64,000 bases of DNA from an uncultured Burkholderiales bacterium (GCA_964584305.1 CAZOZL010000004.1:258616-322615), one strand, 5' to 3'; counted from the first letter of the stretch, positions 29,010 through 40,323 are shown. The notes: generated from the sequence alone by a model not told the origin. Made by a program: numbers and translations.

Positions 29010-29642
29010 TTAGTGGTTAATACTGATTTTGGTGCCTGCTCTTACCAAACTATATACCTCGCTAATATCTTTATTTTTTAGTGATATACAACCTAAAGTC
29101 CAGTTTTGCCCAATGTCAATGGCTATATCAGCACCTTTGGGTACACCGTGTATTCCTATTTCACCGCCAATTTTAGCATTCTTAGGTATTATTCCTTTCT
29201 TTTTGCGTTCGGCAAACTTCTTTTTACTTTCTGCATTCGGGTAGTCAATCCAAATAAATTTGTTCCAACTTTTGTGCGGATATTGGCTACGTATTTTGAA
29301 AGTACCTTCGGGGGTACATCCATCACCCTCTCTCATTTTATCATCTTTAGGATTAAAGCCCAATACCATAGGGTAACTTTTTATAACAGTTTTGCCTACT
29401 TTTAGAAATAAAGTATTTTTAGATTTTTCTATTTGGATATAAATTTTGCGTTTATCCAACTTTAAAGAGTCGATAACCTTTTTTGCGGCGAGGTGATAGT
29501 TGATGTGTTTTGAAGTGCTGTCAGTTTGTTTGTTGTGGGTATTTTTTTTTGTTTCAGTTTTATCATTGGCTTGGTTGTTATCAAGTTGGCAAGCCAAGCA
29601 GCCAAACACAAATAGAATAAGAAGTAAACGGTTTAGTAGCAT
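29010..29642 (-). CDS. L,D-transpeptidase family protein (YkuD domain)
   Basis: Signal peptide/lipobox. Catalytic HG...C motif (IGIHGVPKGADIAIDIGQNWTLGCISL). Confidence 0.75.
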   Translation of the reverse strand: MLLNRLLLILFVFGCLACQLDNNQANDKTETKKNTHNKQTDSTSKHINYHLAAKKVIDSLKLDKRKIYIQIEKSKNTLFLKVGKTVIKSYPMVLGFNPKDDKMREGDGCTPEGTFKIRSQYPHKSWNKFIWIDYPNAESKKKFAERKKKGIIPKNAKIGGEIGIHGVPKGADIAIDIGQNWTLGCISLKNKDISEVYSLVRAGTKISINH

Positions 29643-29805
29643 AGAGTTACAACGCAGTAATTAAGATAATAGATATACTCGCTGATGCTTTTTTTTAATG
29701 TTACAACAACAAAACTAGTAAACCTACTGTCTGTTTAGTATAAATAAATCATAGGCTTTTATAGGAAGCTAAAAACCGTCGGGATGATAGTTTTAGCTTT
29801 CTTTT

Positions 29806-31044
29806 TTATTCTACCTCGTGTACCAGCAAGCCTGTTCTTAGTTTGGGTTCAAACCAAGTAGATTTTGGGGGCATAATTAGGTTATTATCAGCCACTGCTA
29901 CAACATCTTTTATATCCGTAGGAAAAAGAGAAAAGGCAATATCAAAATCATCATAATCTACCAATTCTTGTAAGCGTGAAATGCCTTTAGTGCCATCAAC
30001 AAAAGATAAACGGTGGTCAGTTTTGCTATCCTCAATTCCTAAGATAGGCTTCAAAATATAATCTTCTAATATGGATACATCCAAGCCTTGTGGTAGTTTA
30101 GTTTTATCAATAGGTTGTTTCATATCCAAGCCATACCACGTTTTGTTTACATACATTCCAAATTGTGCATTTTTCTTTTTTACTTTCAATTTGGATGTGC
30201 CTATTGTATGAACATCAAAATCAGTTTTCAGTTGTTCAATAAGCTCACTTTCATTTAGCCCGTTTAAATCTTTTACTACTCTATTAAACTCAAATACTTT
30301 CATGTGATCAAACGGAATCATATATGCTAAAATACCCTCGCATAATGTATTGCAAGTCTCTTTTTCTCTTTGCATTTCACAATAGCGTGCCGCTGATGCT
30401 GTGCGGTGATGCCCATCAGCAATGTATAAATCAGGCACTTTTGCCATATTTTTGGTAATAGTATCAATGGTGCTATCCGTGTTTATAAGCCATACACGGT
30501 GGTGTAATCCATCGTCGCTCGTAAAATCATATTCGGGGGAAAAACTTGTAACATGAGCTACCATTTTATCGTACCAAGTGCCTGCTTTAAAAGTGAGTAG
30601 TACAGGTTCACCTACGGCTTTTACATAATCTATATGTTCTGCCAAAGCGGTCTCTTTTTGGGGGAGCGTATGTTCGTGTTTTTTTATGTGCGAATCTAAG
30701 TAATCGTCAATATGGGCTAAACCCACAATACCATTATAGGTAGTATGTTTAAGGTTATCGGTTATTTGGTAGAGGTAGTAATTGGCAGTAGCTTCTTTTT
30801 GTAAAACCCCTTCTTTTTTTAGTGCTTCTAATTTTTTTCGAGCAATGGGGAAATGCTTTTCGGGTATGCGGATTTCCTCGTTAAAGGTGAGGTGTGGTTT
30901 GGTGATGTGTAGGTACGAGTACTCATTATTATTCATCACCTCCAAGCTAATGTGGTTGTGGTTACTATCGTAACTTCTACTGCTCACTACTTGTGCCAAC
31001 TCGGGGCGAGGACGAAGTGCTTTAAACGGTTTTACTTTTGCCAA
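29806..31044 (-). CDS. DUF1015 family protein
   Basis: N-terminal MAKVKPFKALRPRPELAQVVSSRSYD is typical of DUF1015. About 410 aa. Confidence 0.7.
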   Translation of the reverse strand: MAKVKPFKALRPRPELAQVVSSRSYDSNHNHISLEVMNNNEYSYLHITKPHLTFNEEIRIPEKHFPIARKKLEALKKEGVLQKEATANYYLYQITDNLKHTTYNGIVGLAHIDDYLDSHIKKHEHTLPQKETALAEHIDYVKAVGEPVLLTFKAGTWYDKMVAHVTSFSPEYDFTSDDGLHHRVWLINTDSTIDTITKNMAKVPDLYIADGHHRTASAARYCEMQREKETCNTLCEGILAYMIPFDHMKVFEFNRVVKDLNGLNESELIEQLKTDFDVHTIGTSKLKVKKKNAQFGMYVNKTWYGLDMKQPIDKTKLPQGLDVSILEDYILKPILGIEDSKTDHRLSFVDGTKGISRLQELVDYDDFDIAFSLFPTDIKDVVAVADNNLIMPPKSTWFEPKLRTGLLVHEVE

Positions 31045-31087
31045 TTATTTGTAGTTATTATAGTTGTAGGTTATTGCGGTTGCTAAG

Positions 31088-32020
31088 TTATGAGTTTTGT
31101 TGGTTTTTTCTTTGTTCATCAAAAGAAGCTTTGAGGTGTGGATACTCATTTGTTAATTCATATGGTAAACTCCAAAACTCCTTTCCTGTACCATCTGTAT
31201 ACCACTTGTAATATCTAACATTCAGAATTAGCTCATGTTTTTCAATTAACTCTTTAAAGTTTTTTCCATGTTTTGATAAACCATAGAATGCAATTAGTGT
31301 TTTATCAGCTTCGTTGAGTATTGTTTTTATATAGCTAATGTAAAATTTATTTTGTTCCAAGTCGGTGTTTCTATTACTATCAATAAATTTAATAATAAAT
31401 TCAAGTTCTTTAAAATATTTATCTAACATATTGTAATAAATCCCGTAGTTAACTTCAAATTCTTGAGTGATTTTTCTTAGTCTTTCGTTAGTATTAGAAC
31501 CCTGCACGGCCTTCATAGCAAAAACAATTTTTTCAAGAGCTTGGCTACCTGTAAATGCTATGGTGTGGGCATAAGATTCTATTTCATTAATTGAATTTTT
31601 AAATGATGTTATCAGTTTGAAAAACTTGTCTTCAAAGTTTTGTTTATCTAAGATTTCCTTTTGTAATCTTATTTCTGCTGTAGTTTGTTGCATTTCCAAA
31701 CGTTGCAACGTCATTTCTTCTTTTTGGAGTTTAAGTTGTTTTATAGAGTTTTTTAGTTCTTGTCTTTGAATTTTTAAGTCGAGTCTTTGTAGAAGTATCG
31801 CTAAAATAACTCCGCCAGTTGCTAATCCTGAAAACAAAGCATTCACAACACCATACATATCTCCAAAAGCTCCTCGTGTTGAATCATTTGCTCCTGATAG
31901 ATTATGAATAATGACGGGAGCAATAATCATAATTGCTATTGCACCTGCTAAAATTCGATAGAATATTTTGAATGTCTTTTTTTCTTCTACTTTGTATTTA
32001 TCATTACTATAGTCTTCCAT
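31088..32020 (-). CDS. Hypothetical membrane-anchored coiled-coil protein (candidate Abi-like)
   Basis: Two N-terminal transmembrane helices, an approximately 50-aa coiled coil (LKIQRQELKNSIKQLKLQKEEMTLQRLEMQQTTAEIRLQKEILDKQ), and a helical C-terminal domain. Far more AT-rich than its flanks. Confidence 0.6.
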   Translation of the reverse strand: MEDYSNDKYKVEEKKTFKIFYRILAGAIAIMIIAPVIIHNLSGANDSTRGAFGDMYGVVNALFSGLATGGVILAILLQRLDLKIQRQELKNSIKQLKLQKEEMTLQRLEMQQTTAEIRLQKEILDKQNFEDKFFKLITSFKNSINEIESYAHTIAFTGSQALEKIVFAMKAVQGSNTNERLRKITQEFEVNYGIYYNMLDKYFKELEFIIKFIDSNRNTDLEQNKFYISYIKTILNEADKTLIAFYGLSKHGKNFKELIEKHELILNVRYYKWYTDGTGKEFWSLPYELTNEYPHLKASFDEQRKNQQNS

Positions 32021-32070
32021 ATTTCAATAGTATAAAGGTCAATCTATTAATCTTCAAACCAAAAAAATTA

Positions 32071-32721
32071 CTAAACAATAAGCCCATCTTTCATCACCAA
32101 TTTACGGTCGGCACTATCAGCCAGCACTTCATTATGTGTTACAATAACAAAGGTTTGTCCCATCTTATCCCTAAGGTCAAAAAATAATTGGTGCAAGCCC
32201 TCTGCCGAAGCCGAATCCAAATTGCCCGATGGTTCATCAGCCATTACCACAGCAGGGTTGTTTGCCAAAGCACGGGCAACTGCTACACGCTGTTGCTCGC
32301 CACCCGATAGGGCTGATGGTTTATGATTGGCACGCTCGGTCAATCCCATATAGCTCAACAGTTCGTTAGCCCGTTTTTCAGCATCATTTTTACTCATACC
32401 CGCTATAAAAGCAGGAATACAAATATTTTCCATTGCTGTAAACTCGGGTAGTAAATGGTGAAATTGGAAAACAAACCCTAAGTGTGTATTACGAAAACGG
32501 GCTAATTCTTTCCCTTTTAGTTGATTAACAAGGGTGTTATTTATTTCTACCTCGCCTTGGTCAGCATTATCTAAAGTACCTAATATTTGTAGCATTGTAC
32601 TTTTACCAGCACCTGATGCACCAACAATACTCACTATTTCGCCTTTTTGTATTTCAAGGTCAACCCCCTTTAAAACATGGAGTTTCCCGTATGATTTATG
32701 AATGTTTTTTGCCTTAATCAT
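32071..32721 (-). CDS. ABC transporter ATP-binding protein (LolD-like lipoprotein-releasing system ATPase)
   Basis: Walker [10 protein letters not shown], signature [15 protein letters not shown], Walker B VVMADEP. Confidence 0.85.
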   Translation of the reverse strand: MIKAKNIHKSYGKLHVLKGVDLEIQKGEIVSIVGASGAGKSTMLQILGTLDNADQGEVEINNTLVNQLKGKELARFRNTHLGFVFQFHHLLPEFTAMENICIPAFIAGMSKNDAEKRANELLSYMGLTERANHKPSALSGGEQQRVAVARALANNPAVVMADEPSGNLDSASAEGLHQLFFDLRDKMGQTFVIVTHNEVLADSADRKLVMKDGLIV

Positions 32722-32861
32722 GCACTGCGAAGATAAAGGACAGTTTTTAGTTTACAGTTTTCTGTTTAGAAAATTTACTATTTCTTTTATACTGAAAACA
32801 AAAAAATTGAGATTGTTGAAAAAGCAAATCAACAAAATATAATCGCATAGGTATGAATAGC

Positions 32862-32884
32862 AGCAGGTTTCAACCTGCTGCAAG
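32862..32884. repeat. Hairpin repeat element copy B (GCAGCAGGTT-tc-AACCTGCTGC), followed by a CATTGCGAG motif
   Basis: Perfect 10-bp inverted repeat. The stem sequence is shared with 2744-2765. Confidence 0.6.
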
Positions 32885-32945
32885 AAAAAATCATTGCGAG
32901 CGAACAATTATTCGTAGCCAATTGTCAATTTATACATTAATCACC

Positions 32946-32953
32946 TACTTTTG
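32946..32953 (+). promoter_or_regulatory. Candidate Bacteroidetes sigma-A -7 box (TACTTTTG, TAnnTTTG) upstream of sucC, with TTG at 32921
   Basis: Matches the TAnnTTTG consensus 32 nt upstream of the sucC ATG. An upstream TTG sits at appropriate spacing. Confidence 0.3.
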
Positions 32954-32984
32954 CGCCAACATTAATCATCGAAAATAATAGTAC

Positions 32985-34202
32985 ATGAATATTCACGAGT
33001 ATCAGGCAAAAGAAATACTAAAGTCATATGGCGTTGCTGTGCAAGAGGGCATAGTAGTAGATACCCCTGAAGCGGCAGCAGAAGCAGCTAAAAAAATGCA
33101 AGAAGCTACCAATAACGATTTTGTAGTTTTAAAAGCACAAATACACGCTGGTGGACGTGGTAAAGGAAGTATAATAGGAAACGGACAAAAAGGAGTTGCA
33201 GTAGCCAAAACGGTTGAAGATGCTAAACAAATAGCCACAAACCTTTTGGGTGGCACTTTGGTAACTATACAAACGGGTGCTGCGGGCAAGCTGGTAAGCA
33301 AGGTACTAATAGCGCAAGATGTGTATTACCCTGGTGATGGTGAACCTGACGAGTTTTATATGAGTGTATTGCTTGACCGTGATAGTGGCAAAAATGTAAT
33401 AGTTTATACTACCGAAGGGGGAATGGATATAGAGCAAGTAGCGCATGATACTCCCGAAAAAATAAACAAAGAAATAGTTGACCCTCGTGTAGGGTTGCAA
33501 GGATTTCAAGCACGTAAAATTGCTTTCAACTTAGGTTTAACGGGTAATGCCTATAAACAAATGGTAAAATTTGTGAGTGCATTATACAAAGCGTATGATG
33601 AGATAGATGCATCAATGTTTGAGATTAACCCTGTATTAAAAACATCTGACGATAAAATTATAGCCGTTGATGCTAAAGTGAGTTTAGATGAAAATGCATT
33701 GTACCGCCACAAAGACTACGAAGCACTGCGAGATGAAAATGAGGAAGACCCTATGGAGGTTGAAGCTAAGAAAAGTAACCTTAGCTATGTAAACCTTGAT
33801 GGTAATGTGGGCTGCATGGTAAACGGTGCAGGTTTGGCAATGGCTACTATGGATATTATTAAACTATCGGGGGGTGAGCCTGCTAATTTCTTAGACGTGG
33901 GAGGTGGAGCAAATGCCGAAACGGTTGAAGCAGGTTTCCGTATAATATTAAAAGACCCTAATGTAAAAGCAATATTAATTAACATTTTTGGTGGCATTGT
34001 TCGCTGCGACCGTGTAGCATCGGGAGTAGTTGAAGCCTACAAAAAAATAGGTGATATTCCTGTACCTATTATTGTGCGTTTACAAGGTACTAATGCCGAA
34101 GAAGGTAAAAAGATTATAGACGAATCAGGCTTGAAAGTATATTCAGCCATATTACTTAAAGATGCTGCCAACTTAGTAGAAAAAGTAATAAAGGAAGCCT
34201 AA
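32985..34202 (+). CDS. sucC: Succinate--CoA ligase (ADP-forming) beta subunit
   Basis: [20 protein letters not shown]-grasp domain, and the CoA-ligase C-terminal domain ([18 protein letters not shown]). Confidence 0.9.
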   Translation: MNIHEYQAKEILKSYGVAVQEGIVVDTPEAAAEAAKKMQEATNNDFVVLKAQIHAGGRGKGSIIGNGQKGVAVAKTVEDAKQIATNLLGGTLVTIQTGAAGKLVSKVLIAQDVYYPGDGEPDEFYMSVLLDRDSGKNVIVYTTEGGMDIEQVAHDTPEKINKEIVDPRVGLQGFQARKIAFNLGLTGNAYKQMVKFVSALYKAYDEIDASMFEINPVLKTSDDKIIAVDAKVSLDENALYRHKDYEALRDENEEDPMEVEAKKSNLSYVNLDGNVGCMVNGAGLAMATMDIIKLSGGEPANFLDVGGGANAETVEAGFRIILKDPNVKAILINIFGGIVRCDRVASGVVEAYKKIGDIPVPIIVRLQGTNAEEGKKIIDESGLKVYSAILLKDAANLVEKVIKEA

Positions 34203-34313
34203 ATTTTATACCTATAACATACTACTAAAAGCCGCCTTGTGCGGCTTTTTTATTGTTTTTTCTTTTAAAAATAGCTACATTAACGAGATTGATTGATTTT
34301 GAAACAACCCTAA

Positions 34314-35345
34314 ATGAAGATAGATAGCCACGCACATATATTGCCCAAAACTTGGGAAAACCTTAAAGATAAATACGGATACGGAGGATTTATAGAATTA
34401 GACCACCACAAACCCCACGCCGCACGTATGATGCGGGATGATGGAAAGTTTTTTCGTGAGATACAAGAAAATTGCTGGAATTCCGAAGCTATTATAAAAG
34501 ATATGGACGATTACGGAGTAGATATGATGGTATTGTGTACCGTACCCGTATTGTTTAACTACTGGGCAAAGCCCGAAGACACCTACGATTGGAGCATTTT
34601 TCTTAACAACCATATTGCCGATGTACAAGCCAAGTACCGCAAACGCTTTATCAGCTTAGGTACATTGCCCATGCAAGATATTCCATTAGCCATAAAAGAA
34701 ATGGAGCGTTGCAAAAATGTATTGGGACTGCACGGTATAGAAATAGGCAGTAACATTAACGGTAAAAATCTTGACCATGAAAGTTTTTTTCCCTTTTACG
34801 AAGCCGCCCAAGATTTAGGCATGGCGATATTTATACACCCTTGGGATATGATGGGTACAGACCAAATGCCCGATTATTTTATGCCTTGGCTGGTGGGGAT
34901 GCCCGCTGAGGAAAGTCGTGCTATATGCAGTTTAATATTTGGCGGAGTGTTTGATAAATTTCCTAAACTGCGCTTTATGGTAGCACATGGTGGCGGCTCT
35001 TTTCCTTTTACCTTGGGCAGAGTGGCGCATGGCTACGCCTGCCGTCCCGATTTGTGCAATGTAAACAATATAAAAAATCCGCGCGAATATGCTCGCCGTT
35101 TTTGGGTAGATGGAATAACCCATGATAAAGATGCTTTGCGCTATCTAATACACCTTATGGGTGATGATAAAATAATGTACGGTACAGATTATCCTTTCCC
35201 TTTGGGCGATTTGGAACACGGCAAGTTTATTGAAGAAATGACCGACCTAAGCATCCAAACCAAACAAAATATTTTTCAAAACAATGTATTGGACTGGTTA
35301 GACATGGAAGTAGAAGAAGGAGTAGGGGTTAGAGCTCGCATTTAG
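34314..35345 (+). CDS. Amidohydrolase-2 family decarboxylase (ACMSD-like, 2-amino-3-carboxymuconate-6-semialdehyde decarboxylase homolog)
   Basis: MKIDSHAHILPKTWENLKDKYGYGGFIELDHH resembles the ACMSD N-terminus. Metal-binding His/Asp residues are spread through the protein. Confidence 0.7.
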   Translation: MKIDSHAHILPKTWENLKDKYGYGGFIELDHHKPHAARMMRDDGKFFREIQENCWNSEAIIKDMDDYGVDMMVLCTVPVLFNYWAKPEDTYDWSIFLNNHIADVQAKYRKRFISLGTLPMQDIPLAIKEMERCKNVLGLHGIEIGSNINGKNLDHESFFPFYEAAQDLGMAIFIHPWDMMGTDQMPDYFMPWLVGMPAEESRAICSLIFGGVFDKFPKLRFMVAHGGGSFPFTLGRVAHGYACRPDLCNVNNIKNPREYARRFWVDGITHDKDALRYLIHLMGDDKIMYGTDYPFPLGDLEHGKFIEEMTDLSIQTKQNIFQNNVLDWLDMEVEEGVGVRARI

Positions 35346-35552
35346 ATTTAACAAATTTTAAAAGTTTGACAAATCGGGATAGTGAATAAATGTCCGACTT
35401 AATCACCGAAACTAAACATTAAAAGCTAATATGAATTACAAATGCTGATGGCTATTGTACAAAAGCACTTTTGCTAAGTTTTAGCAAGTTTTGGCTTTTG
35501 TTTTGTTATTAAATTTAAGCATTACCACTTAAAATATTAAACTGTTAGAACA

Positions 35553-36176
35553 ATGGAAACGAAAATAATGACATCAATAACCAACGAGCATATAAAAAAT
35601 GGCTTTTCTTATGATGAGTTTCGTCAATTGGGCAAAGACCTTTTAGCGCAAAATAAAACTACGGGCAATAACCAAGGTGAAACATATATACATTTTAGCA
35701 ATTTAAATAACCGCCGAATGGATAGGTTGGACAAAACAGTAACTATAAACAGTGAGGTAATTACCGCCTTGCGAGCTATTAAACGCCCTATAGTTTGGGT
35801 AGTACTTGTGGAGCTTTGGTGCGGAGATGCAGCACAAAATGTACCCATTTTAGCTAAAATGGCTGCTGCCAGCAAAAGCAAGGTACATTTATCATTATTA
35901 TTACGTGATGATAACCCTGAAGTGATGGACGCTTATTTAACCAATGCCGGTAAATCTATACCTAAACTAATAGCACTTGATGGTGAAACACGGGAAGAAC
36001 TATTTACTTGGGGACCTCGCCCAAAAGAGGCGCAACAAATTTTAAAAGACTTTCGTGCAGCAGGCTCTCCCGCTGATGTTGATTATAAAAAAGACATACA
36101 AGTATGGTATATAAAAGACCATGCACAAAGCTTACAAAGTGAGTTTTTAGAAATAATTAAACCCTATACTATTTAA
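35553..36176 (+). CDS. Thioredoxin-like family protein
   Basis: Thioredoxin fold with WCGDA active-site-like motif (VVLVELWCGDAAQNVP). Confidence 0.6.
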   Translation: METKIMTSITNEHIKNGFSYDEFRQLGKDLLAQNKTTGNNQGETYIHFSNLNNRRMDRLDKTVTINSEVITALRAIKRPIVWVVLVELWCGDAAQNVPILAKMAAASKSKVHLSLLLRDDNPEVMDAYLTNAGKSIPKLIALDGETREELFTWGPRPKEAQQILKDFRAAGSPADVDYKKDIQVWYIKDHAQSLQSEFLEIIKPYTI

Positions 36177-36309
36177 ACAAACAATTTAGTACCCTTCTAA
36201 AATTCGTAAACCTTCCTATTTTGGCAATGCCTAATAGAAAGGTGTATTTTAATGCTGTTGGCTAATGCCTTGTTGAATATAAAATGGTTGTTTCCTTATT
36301 GCAAATGAG

Positions 36310-36500
36310 TTAAAGATTGCCACAACAGCCTAAGAAGTCTGTTTCGCAATGACGATAGTTGCTGGATTTTGCAAGCCTTCCCACGCCTGAAAGGCACGGG
36401 CAGCTAATATGCTTGTTCACCATTCCCAAAGATTGCCTGCCCGAAAGCAACAGGCAGGCTACGTTTGCCTAAGAAGGCACACTTGCAATGACGATATTTA
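36310..36500. repeat. Tandemly duplicated intergenic repeat element (units bounded by GCAATGACGATA direct repeats at 36347-36358 and 36486-36497, with internal GATTGCC...GCCTAAGAAG modules and a GCCTGCC-loop-GGCAGGC hairpin)
   Basis: Read directly. TTCGCAATGACGATAG at 36343 and CTTGCAATGACGATAT at 36482. AAGATTGCC...GCCTAAGAAG occurs twice. A related copy lies at 48040-48150. Confidence 0.6.
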
Positions 36501-36572
36501 AAGTTTAGTATTAATGCACCACACACCAGAGGTTAACCCCTTTATTGTTAATACAAAAAAGAGTTTTAAAAG

Positions 36573-39476
36573 TTAGTTTGCTGAAACTGATTCAGGGGCG
36601 AGTTCCTCTTCCATATAGTTTTCCATTGGCGGGCAATCACAAACAAGGTTACGGTCTCCATAGGTATCATTTATTCTGCTCACAGCAGGCCAAAACTTAT
36701 TGTGGCGCACCCATTCAGTAGGATAAACTGCTTTTTGGCGAGAGTAAGGACGTTCCCAATTCTCTGTTAAAACTACATCAGCTGTGTGTGGCGAGTGTTT
36801 CAAAACATTATTGTTTTTATCAGCATTGCCTTTTTCAACATCAGCAATTTCATTACGAATGTGAAGCATAGCATCTATAAACCTATCCAACTCTGCTTTG
36901 GTTTCACTTTCAGTAGGTTCTACCATTATAGTGCCTACTACTGGAAACGACATAGTTGGGGCATGGTAGCCATAGTCCATTAATCGTTTTGCAATATCGG
37001 TGGCTTCAATACCTGCTGTTTTCTTAAATGGGCGGGTATCAAAAATCATTTCGTGGGCGCAGCGTCCATTTTTACCTTTGTATAATACATCATAATGTCC
37101 ATCCAATTTTTTGGCAATATAGTTGGCATTAAGTATTGCCCACTTAGTAGCATTGGTGAGACCATCACCCCCCATTAGCCTAATATAGGCATACGATATA
37201 AGTAGTATGCTTGCGCTACCCCACGGGGCTGCTGATATGGCTGAAATTGCTTGGTTTCCACCTGTTTCAATTACGCTATGCCCTGGCAAAAAAGGTTTTA
37301 AGTGCTCGGCAACGCAAATAGGTCCTACTCCAGGTCCACCGCCACCGTGTGGAATGCAGAATGTTTTATGCAGGTTTAAGTGGCACACATCAGCACCTAT
37401 TAGCCCTGGGCTGGTAATGCCCACTTGTGCATTCATATTAGCACCATCCATATATACTTGCCCGCCGCATTGGTGTATTAGTGCTGTAATATCCATAATG
37501 GCCTCTTCAAATACGCCGTGTGTACTTGGATAAGTTACCATAAGGCACGCTAAAGAGTCTTTGTATTTTTCTGCTTTAGCTTTAAGGTCGTCAAAATCTA
37601 TATTACCGTTTTCATCCGTTCTTGTAACTATTACCTTCATGCCTGCCATTACAGCACTTGCAGGGTTTGTTCCATGTGCCGATGCGGGTATAAGTGCAAT
37701 GTTTCTATGCCCTTCATCTTTAGATTTTAGGTATTTGCTAATTATCATTAGCCCAGCATATTCTCCTTGTGCGCCTGCATTGGGCTGTAATGATGTAGCT
37801 GCAAAACCAGTAAGTTCTGCTAAGTAGCTTTCAAGCTCGGTAAATACTTGGGTATAGCCTCGCGCTTGCGATACTGGAACAAATGGATGTAGTTGATTAA
37901 ACTCAGGCCATGTAATGGGTATCATTTCTGCGGTAGCATTTAGTTTCATTGTGCAAGAGCCTAACGAAATCATGCTATGTACTAATGAGAGGTCTTTGTT
38001 TTCTAAACGCTTAATATAGCGCAGCATCTCATGCTCTGTATGGAAACTATTAAATACTTTGTGGGTTAAGTATTTACTTGTACGAATTAAACTTTTCTCC
38101 CAAGTAATTTCAATATTTCCAGTAAAGTCTTCAATATCAACAGTTTTAGTTGCAGTAGCTTTTGCAAATAAATCTACTAATAGTTGTACTTCATCTAAAG
38201 TAGTGGTTTCATCTAACGATATGCCTACCGTTTCATCATCAAAATAGCGGAGGTTTATCTCATCTACTTCTGCCATTGCTTTTACTTTGGCAACATCAAA
38301 ACCTTCTAATCTTAATGTATCAAAATAGTTAGCATTTGTGTTTTCTACATCAAAGGTTTTAAGTGCTGCTGCCAATGCTTTGGTTTGCGCATGCGTTTTT
38401 TGTGCAATTTGTTTTAAACCTTCAGGACCATGATATACAGCATACATACCCGCCATTACAGAAAGTAATACTTGTGCGGTACAGATGTTACTGGTAGCTT
38501 TTTCACGTTTTATGTGCTGCTCACGGGTTTGTAGTGCCATGCGGTAGGCTGTATTGCCTTGTACATCCACTGATACACCAATAATACGCCCAGGCATACT
38601 ACGCTTAAAGGCTTCTTTTGTGCCAATATAACCTGCGTGTGGCCCGCCATATCCTAAAGGTATGCCAAAACGTTGCGAAGTTCCTACTACTATATCAGCA
38701 CCCCATTCACTTGGAGGGGTTATTAGGGTTAGTGCTAATAAATCTGCCACTGCAATAACTTTAGCATTTACATCGTGTGCTTTATTTGCTAAACTTTGAT
38801 AGTTGTTTATTGCGCCACTATTGTTGGGGTATTGTAGTATAACGCCTATATATTGCTCGGTAGGTTCAAAAGTACTGTAATCTCCCATTACCAATTCAAC
38901 ACCTAAAGGGGTAGCACGTGTTTTTAACAGGTCAATAGTTTGCGGGAAAATTTCTTCATCAACAAACAGCTTGTTGCCTTGTGTTTTTGGTTTCAAGTCT
39001 ATGCACATATGCATAGCTTCGGCTGCGGCTGTTGCCTCATCTAAAAGCGAAGCGTTAGCAATCTCCATTCCTGTCAAATCCATTATCATGGTTTGGAAAT
39101 TGATTAAGGCTTCTAATCTGCCTTGTGCAATCTCTGCCTGATAGGGAGTATAAGCAGTGTACCACCCTGGGTTTTCAGTAATGTTTCGTAAAATTACTAA
39201 GGGGGTATAGGTATTATAATAGCCCATACCTATATAGGTATTAAATACCTGATTTTGGTTTCCTATGCGGCGTAATGCGTTTAAAAACTCGGTTTCGCTC
39301 ATTGCTCGGCGAAGATTTAAAGGCTCTTTAGACCTTATAGCAGCGGGTACAGTTTGTTCTATTAACTGCTCCATACTTTCAACACCAATGGTGTTAAGCA
39401 TTTCAGCCAAATCTTTATCGTTTGAACCGTTGTGGCGATTTTGAAACTTATCGTAGTGATGAATAGGAAGCGACAT
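36573..39476 (-). CDS. gcvP: Glycine dehydrogenase (decarboxylating), glycine cleavage system P protein
   Basis: About 967 aa single-chain GcvP with PLP-dependent domains, conserved throughout. Start taken at [11 protein letters not shown] (39476). The track's 39512 start would overlap the candidate promoter box. Confidence 0.9.
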   Translation of the reverse strand: MSLPIHHYDKFQNRHNGSNDKDLAEMLNTIGVESMEQLIEQTVPAAIRSKEPLNLRRAMSETEFLNALRRIGNQNQVFNTYIGMGYYNTYTPLVILRNITENPGWYTAYTPYQAEIAQGRLEALINFQTMIMDLTGMEIANASLLDEATAAAEAMHMCIDLKPKTQGNKLFVDEEIFPQTIDLLKTRATPLGVELVMGDYSTFEPTEQYIGVILQYPNNSGAINNYQSLANKAHDVNAKVIAVADLLALTLITPPSEWGADIVVGTSQRFGIPLGYGGPHAGYIGTKEAFKRSMPGRIIGVSVDVQGNTAYRMALQTREQHIKREKATSNICTAQVLLSVMAGMYAVYHGPEGLKQIAQKTHAQTKALAAALKTFDVENTNANYFDTLRLEGFDVAKVKAMAEVDEINLRYFDDETVGISLDETTTLDEVQLLVDLFAKATATKTVDIEDFTGNIEITWEKSLIRTSKYLTHKVFNSFHTEHEMLRYIKRLENKDLSLVHSMISLGSCTMKLNATAEMIPITWPEFNQLHPFVPVSQARGYTQVFTELESYLAELTGFAATSLQPNAGAQGEYAGLMIISKYLKSKDEGHRNIALIPASAHGTNPASAVMAGMKVIVTRTDENGNIDFDDLKAKAEKYKDSLACLMVTYPSTHGVFEEAIMDITALIHQCGGQVYMDGANMNAQVGITSPGLIGADVCHLNLHKTFCIPHGGGGPGVGPICVAEHLKPFLPGHSVIETGGNQAISAISAAPWGSASILLISYAYIRLMGGDGLTNATKWAILNANYIAKKLDGHYDVLYKGKNGRCAHEMIFDTRPFKKTAGIEATDIAKRLMDYGYHAPTMSFPVVGTIMVEPTESETKAELDRFIDAMLHIRNEIADVEKGNADKNNNVLKHSPHTADVVLTENWERPYSRQKAVYPTEWVRHNKFWPAVSRINDTYGDRNLVCDCPPMENYMEEELAPESVSAN

Positions 39477-39509
39477 ACTAATACTTGTTAGCTTTTTTAA
39501 AAAATTGCA

Positions 39510-39517
39510 CAAATTTA
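39510..39517 (-). promoter_or_regulatory. Candidate -7 box TAAATTTG (TAnnTTTG) upstream of gcvP
   Basis: On the minus strand, 33 nt upstream of the 39476 start. Confidence 0.25.
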
Positions 39518-39593
39518 CTGTTTACTTTTCAGTTTACAGGTGAATGTTGTTTTTGTTTTATGAAAAAATAAATCTACTATAAATAATTCACTT

Positions 39594-40238
39594 TTAGTGC
39601 AGTACAAACTGTATGTACTTTATGTTCTCACCCTTTTCGGTGAATATTTTTTCGTAGGTGGTTTTTATCGATAAATAAGCATCTAAAAAAGGGGCTGTAT
39701 AAAGGTTTTCACTTTGCCTTATAATAGGCAGTTCCATTTCTTCAAGTACTTCTTTAGTAAAATTATACAACAAAGTATTGTCGGTTTTAAGGTGTATCTC
39801 GCCTCCTTTTTTAAGAATATTTTTATAAAGGTTTAAGAAACGAGGATGAGTGAGCCTTTTTTTTGCCTTTCCATCACGTACTTGCGGGTCTGGGAAGGTT
39901 ATCCAAATCTCATCAATTTCATTAGGAATAAAGTACTGGTCTATTTTTTCTATTTCAGTTCTTAAAAAAACAGCATTTTTCAATTCCTTTTCAAGTACTT
40001 GTTTTGCGCCTTTCCATATTCTATGCCCTTTAATATCAACACCAATAAAATTTTTATCAGGAAATGCTTCTGCTAAATTAACGGTGTATTCCCCTTTACC
40101 ACAAGCCAGCTCCAACACAATTGGATTCTTATTTTTAAAAACAGTGGTATTCCATTTTCCTTGCATATTTTCAGGAAACTCAAATACATGAGGAAATGTG
40201 AGCAGTTCAGCCCATTGTTGTAGTTTTTTTTTGCCCAT
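39594..40238 (-). CDS. trmB: tRNA (guanine46-N7)-methyltransferase
   Basis: ELACGKGEYTVNLAEAFPDKNFIGVDIKG SAM motif with typical TrmB length and order. Confidence 0.85.
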   Translation of the reverse strand: MGKKKLQQWAELLTFPHVFEFPENMQGKWNTTVFKNKNPIVLELACGKGEYTVNLAEAFPDKNFIGVDIKGHRIWKGAKQVLEKELKNAVFLRTEIEKIDQYFIPNEIDEIWITFPDPQVRDGKAKKRLTHPRFLNLYKNILKKGGEIHLKTDNTLLYNFTKEVLEEMELPIIRQSENLYTAPFLDAYLSIKTTYEKIFTEKGENIKYIQFVLH

Positions 40239-40323
40239 TGCGCTGCAAATTTACTATTTTAGCCCTGTGGGATTAAAAGAAAAAATAAAAGGAAGTGCAG
40301 GTTTAAAGAAACTGGTACTTTGG

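Noticed and set aside
36180-36572. Considered a protein-coding gene in the 400-bp gcvP-downstream gap
   Set aside because: There is no ORF of meaningful length. The content is repeats and hairpins.
39477-39593. Looked for a glycine riboswitch in the gcvP 5' leader
   Set aside because: The 80-nt leader is AT-rich with no GGAGAG...CACCG-type conserved aptamer elements. Only a promoter-like TAAATTTG box is evident.
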